A stretch of DNA of 64,000 nt, taken from positions 1-64,000 of the forward strand of contig JALAGF010004801.1 in assembly GCA_030167865.1 (NCBI GenBank). Reading direction: 5' to 3'. This DNA comes from Craspedostauros australis. Its lineage: Eukaryota. A program made the translations under genes and the position numbers. This document shows, piece after piece, positions 1 through 8,784 of this stretch (the stretch's first letter is position 1; every line of letters begins with the position of its first letter). The notes beneath the pieces were generated by a model that did not search any database, had not been told where the DNA came from, and worked only from the letters and a program-made list of their open reading frames with translations.

Positions 1-101
1 ACAGTCTCGTGACCCTTCCCCTGTTGAAGACGTACGTAGAACTGGTACAAAAAATCTTACGTAGAATACGTTGAATCAGTACTGGGAGCGAAAACCCGAC
101 A

Positions 102-2375
102 ATGGCGAAACAAAAACGTGATGACCGTAGCCACAAAGCCGACAGCATGGCCTCGATACCACCTCCACCACCAGGCAAGCCTCCAGCAAAGGCCCCTCTC
201 CCACCTGTCCAAATCCCAGCTCCGAACGACCCGCGGGTCGCCGAGGAAGTAGAAATGACCGACGTGGCCACACCCACAGCAAAAAACACCAGCACCACGA
301 ACAAGGAAGGCTGGCTGTGGAGCCACGCGTTGGAACAACAATGGCGAAAAATGCTCAAAGAGCGTAACTTCGCGACGCGGTTGGTTCAACCATTCACAAC
401 ACTCTTCGGGGAAGGCGACACCATCCACGATGCGACAAGATACGTTAAAGGACTGGCAGGGAACCCTCCGTTCGTCACCTCAGCCCAATGGTGCAGCATC
501 TTCGAGAAAGCAACCAAAAACAAAATGGAGCCAGCTGACAACACGCGAACCGTCAACCTCTACCTGCGTCTCATCAAGACAGACAACCTGTTCACATCCA
601 TGTGGAAGAGTGGCCAAGTCCGCGAGACACATGAATCAGCGGGATGGATCGCTGCTCGTTTGGTGTTCATGAAGGACAAGCACATCGACATTGACAACTT
701 GGATGGAGAAAAAGCAATCTCACCCAACCCAGCACAGAAGAAGAAGCAAAAGACAAAGGAGATTCTCTATCTCAGGAGAGAGGCAAGCGACAAAACCAGG
801 AACTCTGTCAACAATGCGTTGTCCGACTTCCATAGAACCTTCGTCGATCTCCGGCTTCCAGCTCCACGCGACGGATCCAAGACAGCACCAGCGCAGGCCA
901 TCGAAAGCCTCAACATTGTGGTCGACTTTGTCTTTCAAAACGACGCAAACGCCAAATTCCTGTCCTGGCACCACGGAGCTACCAGACCCTGGACAAAGAG
1001 AGATGGGAAATGGGAGTCGCGAGAGACCGTCAAGCTGTTCGTCGAGAATCTGTACGCAAGAACTGGCAACACCATCTTCACGCGTGTGCTCCTTGCACAC
1101 AAAAAGGACCTCAGCTCGTTTCAAGACGATGGCACCCTAATCGACGAGGGCATCCACATGAAGAAATCAGCCATCCAAGAGAAGACAATTGTCTCCGCAG
1201 GCTGGCTCTTCGGAAGCCACAGTACCACCAACAACAAGGATTTGGCAGAAGTCCTCGGAGGCCACAGCAAGGTCAAAGGAGTGATGGAGATTGAGATTCG
1301 TCTCAAAGAGATCCGCCTCAAGTCCGGGCGACAGGTGAAACGCAAGGAGTTCAAGGACAGACAGCGGGCGGCCCACATCATGTGTGGCCATTCAAAAGCC
1401 AAGGACTGTCGGGCCGCGATGAAGCGGATCTTCAACGAGAAAGGTGCTAGCCTGGTCCTGGGCAAACAACTTCGGTTTATGCCGGACGCCCTCGATCCAA
1501 GATTCGTGCCCTCTCCCAGGAAACTGCTGGGTCTGGAGTACATGGCGAAGGCGCAACACCGATTCGAATCCAAGATGTTGACCCAAGGAGTGGAATCCAT
1601 TCAAGAGCTCGACGTACCCATGTCAGTCTACCTGGTGTCCCTCCGCGAGGTGATAATGAACTTCCGATCGTTCGCAAACCCCGAATACGCCCTCTTCGTG
1701 TCAGTTGACACTGACAGAGCGGATCCCTTCCGAACCAATTTCGTGTACCACGAGGACCGACAGGTCGAGGCGCAGGAGGTGATCTCCAAGCTCCCGTTTC
1801 TGTGCCTTAAGCTTCTGGGGGGTAACTGCCATCATTGGTTTACCCCGTCAGGCTGGGCAGACACCGACAACTTCACGGAAGATTGGATCACAGGCTTTGT
1901 TACAGGCGTTGACGAGGACGAGATTGAGGAGTACACGGAAATCGCGCAGAGCGTTCTCCATTCAGACGTTGAGGCGATGGACTCCGTCTTGGCAGAAGAC
2001 ATGGGCTGGAAAGGAGCAGTGGACGACGAAGGAAGAGCGAAAAGGATCCCTCTCTTGAAAATCGAGATCGACTTAGACAGCATCCCAAAGAACCAGACCG
2101 GCGACAACCATACCGTTGGTTCGAACACCCTTGCCACATTCGCGGATATCTCCCTGCACCAACAGGTCGAGTTCGCGGGGCACGCCATGTCCAAGACAGC
2201 ACGCACCAAGGCTGCCCGTCCAACCCAATTCGCCACAGATACTTCCGCGCTCCACGACGTCGAGATGCCGGCCACAACCAAAGACGGCGCAATCGTCTTC
2301 CCATCAGCGGCTCTTTCCCCGCTCCTCGAAGGATCGCATACAGGTAGCAAAGACGCCTCGGACGCCTCCAAGTAA
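102..2375 (+). CDS. LINE ORF1 protein (no recognisable RRM/zinc knuckle)
   Basis: Long intronless ATG-TAA ORF upstream of the RT ORF on the same strand; Pro-rich N-terminus, basic patches, acidic C-terminal part. Confidence 0.75.
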   Translation: MAKQKRDDRSHKADSMASIPPPPPGKPPAKAPLPPVQIPAPNDPRVAEEVEMTDVATPTAKNTSTTNKEGWLWSHALEQQWRKMLKERNFATRLVQPFTTLFGEGDTIHDATRYVKGLAGNPPFVTSAQWCSIFEKATKNKMEPADNTRTVNLYLRLIKTDNLFTSMWKSGQVRETHESAGWIAARLVFMKDKHIDIDNLDGEKAISPNPAQKKKQKTKEILYLRREASDKTRNSVNNALSDFHRTFVDLRLPAPRDGSKTAPAQAIESLNIVVDFVFQNDANAKFLSWHHGATRPWTKRDGKWESRETVKLFVENLYARTGNTIFTRVLLAHKKDLSSFQDDGTLIDEGIHMKKSAIQEKTIVSAGWLFGSHSTTNNKDLAEVLGGHSKVKGVMEIEIRLKEIRLKSGRQVKRKEFKDRQRAAHIMCGHSKAKDCRAAMKRIFNEKGASLVLGKQLRFMPDALDPRFVPSPRKLLGLEYMAKAQHRFESKMLTQGVESIQELDVPMSVYLVSLREVIMNFRSFANPEYALFVSVDTDRADPFRTNFVYHEDRQVEAQEVISKLPFLCLKLLGGNCHHWFTPSGWADTDNFTEDWITGFVTGVDEDEIEEYTEIAQSVLHSDVEAMDSVLAEDMGWKGAVDDEGRAKRIPLLKIEIDLDSIPKNQTGDNHTVGSNTLATFADISLHQQVEFAGHAMSKTARTKAARPTQFATDTSALHDVEMPATTKDGAIVFPSAALSPLLEGSHTGSKDASDASK

Positions 2376-2456
2376 GAGGTACAGCGGGAAGCATTGGAGA
2401 GACCTCAGAAACCTCTGCATCCACGACCGGCCCATACCGATCAACACATACATAAG

Positions 2457-2472
2457 AAAAAAAAAAAAAAAA
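2457..2472 (+). repeat. A16 homopolymer in the inter-ORF spacer
   Basis: 16 consecutive A. Confidence 0.95.
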
Positions 2473-2679
2473 TCAGCAACAAAAACACACGACCAGAGAC
2501 ATCAAAGCACCCACAGCAACAACACGAACGACAGACTACAGCCGACGACTAGGCATCCAGCAGCGACGACCATCACAAGACACCCGATACACAACAACAA
2601 GCACGGGACAACCGACCATACACCAGCCAATCTGAGCAGCGCTAACACCACTCACACGACGCCAACTCCGCCACACCAA

Positions 2680-2761
2680 CATCAACACCTCACCACCAAC
2701 ACACCGTACCAATTATACCACATCAACACCTCACCACCAACACACCGTACCAATTACACCA
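2680..2761 (+). repeat. 41-bp tandem duplication
   Basis: catcaacacctcaccaccaacacaccgtaccaatta(t/c)acca twice, one mismatch. Confidence 0.9.
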
Positions 2762-2918
2762 CACCAACACCACACTAACACCACACTAACACCACACCGA
2801 CACCACACCGACACCACACCAACACCACACCAACACCACACCAACACCACACCAACACCACACCGACACCTCACCGACGCCACACCGACGCCACACCACG
2901 GCACACCGACACTTCACC
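2762..2918 (+). repeat. 11-bp minisatellite (acaccacaccr and variants), roughly 13-14 copies
   Basis: Tandem acaccacacta/acaccacaccg/acaccacacca units, degenerating at the 3' side. Confidence 0.9.
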
Positions 2919-3003
2919 AAGAGCCACTACCAACACCGGCACTTCAACCTCGCAGGACGTCACCGGCTCATCAACAGTGGGCAAGTACGCCCAATCCATC
3001 AAG

Positions 3004-6000
3004 ATGCAGCAACAACAGAAGCTCAAACGCAAGGGCACCATACGCGTGGTCTTCCAAAACGTGGCTCAGATTCCCCTCAAGAAATACCAAGAGAAGAACA
3101 GGGCCATCTTTGAGTTCATCCACCAAGAGGAGGTCGACGTTGTCGCAATGGCGGAGACGAACATCCGCTGGGACAATGTCTACGCCACCGAGCAATGGAA
3201 GGACAGACTTCCAAGCCCCTTGCGAAAGGAGAAGTCCATCTTCGCCCACAACATTCACGAGCAACACCTGGAGCCAAGACAATACGGAGGTGCGGCGGTC
3301 TCAGCTTTCAACGAGCTCTCGCATCGCGTTTGCGGCAGGGAAGCCGACCCCTCGGGCATGGGTAGATGGTCGTCGCTCGTCTTCGAAGGCAAGCAAGGGA
3401 AGCGGCTCCGAGTCGTGTCCGCCTACCGGCCATGCAAGTCGGAAACAGGGAGCTCGACCGTGTGGACTCAGCAAGTCCGAGCGCTGCAGGCCTCCGGCCG
3501 CGATATTGACCCCATCTGCGCTTGGCAAGCGGATATTGCGACAGATATCCAGCGCTGGAAGGAGTCCGGCGAGACCATTGTGATAGGCGTGGACGTTAAC
3601 GACGACACGATCGACGGTCCGACAGCCCAAGCCATGTCCGACATGGGGCTGCCTAATGCCCTGTGGTCCTACATGGGCGAAGGTGCTCGCACGGCCACTC
3701 AACAGCGAAATCAGAACAACGTCCCGATCGATGCCATCTTCCTCTCAGCGGGAGCGCATATCGTCGACGGGGGCTATTACGGATTCGGAGAAGCTATTCC
3801 TTCCGATCACAAGGCGCTATGGGTAGACCTGGACTTTCACGAGGTGCTGGGTCGCGGCACGCAGCCGATCCCGACGAGACAACCAAGGCGACTTCAAGTC
3901 CAACATCCCAAAGTGGTGCAACGCTACAACGATTCCCTACTCGCAGAGTATGCCAAACATGGGATCATGCGGCGAGCTCAAGCTCTCATCGACATCGCAA
4001 AAAGCCAGGGATGGGAACTCAACGACACCCAAGAGACCAAGCTGAATCGCCTGATTTTACAGACCAACGAGATCAAGCGCAAAGCAGAGAGAGATTGTCG
4101 CAAACTCCGAATGGGCGCCATCGAATGGTCCCCGGAGGTGAATCACGCCAGGTTGAACATCAGATTCTGGACCATGGAAGTCAAAGCGCTGAACAAAGTA
4201 AAAGTGAGCTCGTCTCTACGGAAGCGGCTCAGACAACAGACCAACTTGACTCCGACGGAATCCCTGGAAGAGGCCGTTGCACACCGGTCAGCGGCGTACA
4301 AGAAATACTACGCAGTGAAGGCCAGACACAAGGAGCTCCGCCAGGAGTACCTCGTCGAACTGGCGCAGGCCAAACAGCAGCAAGGTCAGCTAGAAGCCGA
4401 CAGTGCGTTGCGGCAATTGCAGAACAGGGAGGCACAGCGGTCAGAAGCCCGACGGCTTCGCAGGGTCCTCGGAGCGGAGAACTCCTTGACGACGAAGGTT
4501 CTCTTCACGGACCAGGCGGGGGAAACGCACGAATGCACCGAACCCTCGCAGATTGCGGAGGCGTGTATACGGGAAAACAGAAGACGGTTCTCCCAGGCAG
4601 CGGCAGCGCCCTGCCTCGTGAGACCGGGGCGGAGCTACCTGAACAAGATCTGGTCCACGGAAACGTCCAGCCAAGTTCTGCGAAGCGACTCTCCTCCCCC
4701 CGCGGGCATGGATGAGATGCTCATGGCGCTATTGGGCTCATTGCACCCCATCCCGGCACCGCAGGATTTCCTCTCCGTGAAAGATCATACAGAGGCTTGG
4801 ACGAAGCAGACGGAGCGAGTGAGTTCCGAGCCGGCCAACCCCCACTTTGGTCATTACAAGGCTGCTGCCCAGTGTCCCGCCCTCGCCGCGGTCGACATGC
4901 AGCTGCGAGAAATCCCATACCAGTGTGCGTTGTCACCGACAGCATGGCGGCGTATCACGGACGTGCAGATCTTGAAAAAGGCCCAGGTCTACAACATCGA
5001 AAAAATGCGAACTATCCAACTCATGGACGCCCAGTTCAACTTGAACAACAAACGTCTGGGCAGGGACATGATGGCCACCGCGGAGTCAAGTGGTTGGTTG
5101 TCGGAATACCAGTTTGGGAGCAGGAAGGGCATGTCAGCGATCGTAGCCGCACTCAACAAGCGGCTCTCGTTGGACATTGCCTACCAGAAGAAGGCCCCAG
5201 TCTTCTTCTGCTCCAACGACGCCAAGTCCTGCTATGACAGGATCGTGCCCAACTTCGCGGCTGCGGCTATGATGGCGGCGGGTGCCAACCCAAGTGCGGT
5301 CCGCAGCATGTTCGACACCCTTCAGCGAGCTGAGCATTACGTCAGCACGGCGTACGGCGTCTCGAGCGAGAGTTACGCAAAGGATCATGAGTGTCTGATG
5401 CACGGCATTGGGCAAGGCAACGGAGCGGGCCCGGCCATATGGGCGGTTATTAGCTCAGTGATGTTCAGGGCCATGCAGCAACGAGGCCACGAGACAACTT
5501 TTCGAGCACCTCTGAGCCGTTCTCCAGTGCGAGTGCTGGGGTCGGCATTCGTCGACGACACGGATCTTGTTCATATCTCCAAGGACGGCGATGAAGCGCA
5601 AGCGAGCCTCCAGAGCTTTCGGCGTATGATCAACGACTGGAACGGGTTGCTCACGGCCACGGGAGGCGCAATCGTGCCAAGCAAGTCGGCTTGGTGGGCT
5701 GTCGAGTTCTCTTTCTCAGCAGGCCAATGGTGGGTTGAGGATTCACATGAGCAGCACCAAATCAACATTTCTGATGGGCAGAGTGGCAATGCTACTATCC
5801 CGCGCAAGTTGCACACAGATCCAGTGGAGACGTTGGGAGTGTCCATATCGCTTGATGGCAATAACAGCGCCCAAGTCTCAGCTCTTCGCAAGAAGTCTGA
5901 AGTGTTTGCGGAAAAGCTGAGAGTGGCACAGGTCACCCCGCGGGAAGCGAGGACGGCCCTGATTTTGCGATTCATGAAGTCTGTGGAATACGTAATGGCG

Positions 6001-8445
6001 GCCACGCAGCTCACACCGGACCAGTGGCGACACATCATGGCGCCGGCCCTTCAAGCGGCACTCCCCAAAATGAAGCTGATGCGAACATTCCCACGCACGG
6101 TTCTCTTTGCTCCGGTTTCGGCCGGAGGCATTGGCGTCCCGAACCCTTGGCGACGACAAGTGGTGCGGCAGGTCCAAGCGCTGTTTCAGGAAGTGCACGC
6201 ATCTACCCCTACGGGGAGGATGATGGAGCACTCGATCGAGGCGCTGAAGGACGAGGTTGGCGTTGACGGCTCCTTGTTTGACCACCCTCACCATCTTTTA
6301 CAGGATGCTCTTACCCCATGCTGGATTTCAAACCTGTGGGGCCACATCCAGGAGATGGGTTTTCACATCCAGGAGCGAACGCTGGCCTTCCACCCCCAGC
6401 GCGAAGGCGACCGAACGATCACCGAGCTAGCACTGGGTCTAGGGTATCACGGGCAGCGGTTCCGGCGCCTCAATGCGTGCCGGCTGCAACTCGGAGCGGT
6501 GTACATCTCAGACATCGCCACAGCATGTGGTTCAACAATCACCTCGGCGGCTTGGTCGGGACACGAAGCGTCCACATCGCGTGAGTCCTGGCCGCGGCTT
6601 CCCGCTCGTCTGCCAGCTAGCTGGTGGGCAGAGTGGGGACAGTTCTGCAGGAGGTTGACCCGGTCAGACGGGTCCCTCTTGGAGTCCCTCGGGCCCTGGT
6701 ATCTCGACGAACACCGCTGGCGATGGTGGCATCACCCGCCCACTGACACGATCTTCGACGTCGGTGCAGCGTCCACGGTTTCCTACCGGCGGACGAGCGG
6801 CCAGCGGCGTACACGACGAGTGAGGTACCACCCAGTGTCCACCTCTGTCTCTCCCCCGGAAGGGGCGGTGCGCATCTCGGTCACGCGCAACGATCGATAC
6901 ATCACCTGGGAAGGCACCAGTGGCGTGCAGATGTCCTACGCAGACATCCCATACCTTGAGCCGGAGCGCCATCCGTATATCCATAGCGTCGAAGGCGACC
7001 TTTCGCCACAAGACGCCCATGGAGCAGCGACCGCGGGTGCCCTAGTGGCGGTGAGTGACGGCTCCTTCAAAGACGGGTGTGGCACATCGGCGTCGATCAT
7101 CTACGACACACGGTCAAAAAAGTCGGTTTCAGTCTTAGCGACTGTGCCCGGCAGCCCGCCCATGCAGAGCTCCTACCGAAGTGAGCTCATGGGTATCCTG
7201 GCCTCACTCATCTACGTCTTTCGCCTTGAGTACGACCACGATGTCGTCATTCCATCCATCACCCTTGCCCTCGACGGGCAGCAAGCGCTTAATCGGGCTC
7301 GGGACGGATCTCCCAGGCCCACGCAACGAGACTGGGACCTTCTCTCGGAGATAGAACACGCCAAAAGCCAAATCCAGTGTTCATTGAAGTGGAGATGGGT
7401 GAAAGGTCATCAAGACGACTCCTCGGCCCCCCTCGACATGTGGGCAAGACTCAACGTGCGGGCAGATGCGGAAGCAAAGCGGCATTGGGAGTTGGCCTCG
7501 ACGAGTCCTGCCATCACTAAGTGGGTCATGTCGGCGCCAGTGTGGCGAGTCGGCTGGTCCGGCGCGCCCCGCTCACATGTGGACTCAGCGACTATGGAGT
7601 CAGTAGCTCAGCAGCCCGACATCGACGATTACTGGCGGGCCAAACACGGATGGAGCGAGAGTGACCACTCGGCGGTGGACTGGACGGCATACGCAAGGGC
7701 GCGCAGATCAACAGCGGCCCGAGACAGTATCAGATTCATCACCAAGGTGTCAACGGGGTTCATAGCGGTGGGGAGAAAAATGAAGCAGGCAGGGCTTCAG
7801 GCGGATTCCGTCTGCCCTGGATGCCAGCAGGAGGAAACGGTGGCACATCTTCTTACTTGTGGTGAGTATGAGGATACGTGGGATGAGTCGGTGACAGAGT
7901 TGTTGGACTACATGAATACGGTGGGCACAAACCCCCTAGTGGTGGGCGGAATGCGCCAAGGAATGCGGCGGTGGCGGCGGAAGGTCAAACCGGTGGGCCC
8001 TCAGAGGATAGTGGGGTGGTTCCCGCTCCTTCAAGGGTTTTTACACGTGGACTGGCGGCGGCAACAGGCGGCATGGATGAAGGACAACCCGTCCAAGCAC
8101 AGAACGGCGGAGGCTTGGGCAGCTGATGTGATACGTCGCATTTGGAAAATTCCTTGGGCTGTGTGGACCGCTAGAAACAACAAGGTCCACGAGGCACCGG
8201 ACTCGGTGGAAGCACGCACGCGTGACTACGCGAGGCGGCTTCGCTCTTTTCATCCCCCTGGCCTCACTCTGCGAGAGACGCAAGTCCTCCAGCGAGGCGG
8301 GGTGGCCGAGACCGGTACTCAACAACAAGTACAGCAATGGATCGAACTGGCGCAACGGGTCCGGAAGGATGCGCGCGACAGGCAACGGCGGCAGTCCCTG
8401 CAACAGGAACGCTCGCTGATGGCCGCGTGGCTTTCCCAACCTTGA
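3004..8445 (+). CDS. LINE ORF2: AP endonuclease + reverse transcriptase + RNase H + CCHC finger
   Basis: APE motifs (FQNV, VAMAET, GVDVND, IDAI, SDH); RT motifs (QFGSRKG, NDAKSCYDRI, GIGQGNGAGP, AFVDD); RNase H motifs (VSDGS, SYRSELMG, LDGQ, WVKGHQD, NVRAD); CPGC..ETVAHLLTC. First in-frame ATG at 3004 (track uses GTG 2977). Confidence 0.95.
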   Translation: MQQQQKLKRKGTIRVVFQNVAQIPLKKYQEKNRAIFEFIHQEEVDVVAMAETNIRWDNVYATEQWKDRLPSPLRKEKSIFAHNIHEQHLEPRQYGGAAVSAFNELSHRVCGREADPSGMGRWSSLVFEGKQGKRLRVVSAYRPCKSETGSSTVWTQQVRALQASGRDIDPICAWQADIATDIQRWKESGETIVIGVDVNDDTIDGPTAQAMSDMGLPNALWSYMGEGARTATQQRNQNNVPIDAIFLSAGAHIVDGGYYGFGEAIPSDHKALWVDLDFHEVLGRGTQPIPTRQPRRLQVQHPKVVQRYNDSLLAEYAKHGIMRRAQALIDIAKSQGWELNDTQETKLNRLILQTNEIKRKAERDCRKLRMGAIEWSPEVNHARLNIRFWTMEVKALNKVKVSSSLRKRLRQQTNLTPTESLEEAVAHRSAAYKKYYAVKARHKELRQEYLVELAQAKQQQGQLEADSALRQLQNREAQRSEARRLRRVLGAENSLTTKVLFTDQAGETHECTEPSQIAEACIRENRRRFSQAAAAPCLVRPGRSYLNKIWSTETSSQVLRSDSPPPAGMDEMLMALLGSLHPIPAPQDFLSVKDHTEAWTKQTERVSSEPANPHFGHYKAAAQCPALAAVDMQLREIPYQCALSPTAWRRITDVQILKKAQVYNIEKMRTIQLMDAQFNLNNKRLGRDMMATAESSGWLSEYQFGSRKGMSAIVAALNKRLSLDIAYQKKAPVFFCSNDAKSCYDRIVPNFAAAAMMAAGANPSAVRSMFDTLQRAEHYVSTAYGVSSESYAKDHECLMHGIGQGNGAGPAIWAVISSVMFRAMQQRGHETTFRAPLSRSPVRVLGSAFVDDTDLVHISKDGDEAQASLQSFRRMINDWNGLLTATGGAIVPSKSAWWAVEFSFSAGQWWVEDSHEQHQINISDGQSGNATIPRKLHTDPVETLGVSISLDGNNSAQVSALRKKSEVFAEKLRVAQVTPREARTALILRFMKSVEYVMAATQLTPDQWRHIMAPALQAALPKMKLMRTFPRTVLFAPVSAGGIGVPNPWRRQVVRQVQALFQEVHASTPTGRMMEHSIEALKDEVGVDGSLFDHPHHLLQDALTPCWISNLWGHIQEMGFHIQERTLAFHPQREGDRTITELALGLGYHGQRFRRLNACRLQLGAVYISDIATACGSTITSAAWSGHEASTSRESWPRLPARLPASWWAEWGQFCRRLTRSDGSLLESLGPWYLDEHRWRWWHHPPTDTIFDVGAASTVSYRRTSGQRRTRRVRYHPVSTSVSPPEGAVRISVTRNDRYITWEGTSGVQMSYADIPYLEPERHPYIHSVEGDLSPQDAHGAATAGALVAVSDGSFKDGCGTSASIIYDTRSKKSVSVLATVPGSPPMQSSYRSELMGILASLIYVFRLEYDHDVVIPSITLALDGQQALNRARDGSPRPTQRDWDLLSEIEHAKSQIQCSLKWRWVKGHQDDSSAPLDMWARLNVRADAEAKRHWELASTSPAITKWVMSAPVWRVGWSGAPRSHVDSATMESVAQQPDIDDYWRAKHGWSESDHSAVDWTAYARARRSTAARDSIRFITKVSTGFIAVGRKMKQAGLQADSVCPGCQQEETVAHLLTCGEYEDTWDESVTELLDYMNTVGTNPLVVGGMRQGMRRWRRKVKPVGPQRIVGWFPLLQGFLHVDWRRQQAAWMKDNPSKHRTAEAWAADVIRRIWKIPWAVWTARNNKVHEAPDSVEARTRDYARRLRSFHPPGLTLRETQVLQRGGVAETGTQQQVQQWIELAQRVRKDARDRQRRQSLQQERSLMAAWLSQP

Positions 8446-8465
8446 TCGCGATTTTCGACGGCTCG

Positions 8466-8536
8466 CTCGACGACGGGTCCTAGTGGGGCCCGTCTAGACG
8501 AGGGTAAAGCCCGTAGAGGCACGTAACGTAATCTCT
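8466..8536 (+). other. Stem-loops in the LINE 3' UTR
   Basis: gacgggtcc-tagtg-gggcccgtc (8472-8494, 9 bp, one G-U), ggg-taaag-ccc, then acgtaacgtaa. Confidence 0.5.
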
Positions 8537-8784
8537 GAGTTATTTTCATATTATGCTTGGTTCTTTTCGATTGATCTCCTGTGTTGTGTTGTGTTGGTTT
8601 TCGTGTGTTTGGTTGAGAGTACCATGCACTCATGATTGCAAAAGTAGTCTCTGTTTGTTTGCTGGTTGAATCGTATTAGTATGGGCAGGCAGCAAGTCAA
8701 GCCAGGCCAGCAACGATATCTGCGGATGATCCTGCCTGCCTGCTTGCCTTCCATCCATCTCATTGAGGAATGCAATGCTGGTGC

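Larger units (their letters stand above)
1..8536 (+). mobile_element. Non-LTR retrotransposon (LINE), Ambal-like, two ORFs, apparently intact
   Basis: ORF1 (757 aa), C/A-rich spacer, ORF2 with APE, RT, RNase H and CCHC, then a short structured 3' UTR. The 5' end abuts the window edge, so boundary and TSD are not visible; 3' boundary approximate. Confidence 0.85.

Noticed and set aside
1-101. HDV-like or hammerhead ribozyme at the LINE 5' end
   Set aside because: No convincing core motifs by eye; the true 5' end may lie outside the window.
2680-2918. CRISPR array or telomeric repeat
   Set aside because: Contiguous tandem units without unique spacers, no cas genes, internal to a LINE, not TTAGGG-like.
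3004-8445. Retron, group II intron, DGR or LTR-element RT
   Set aside because: N-terminal APE and C-terminal CCHC define a non-LTR element; no integrase or protease.
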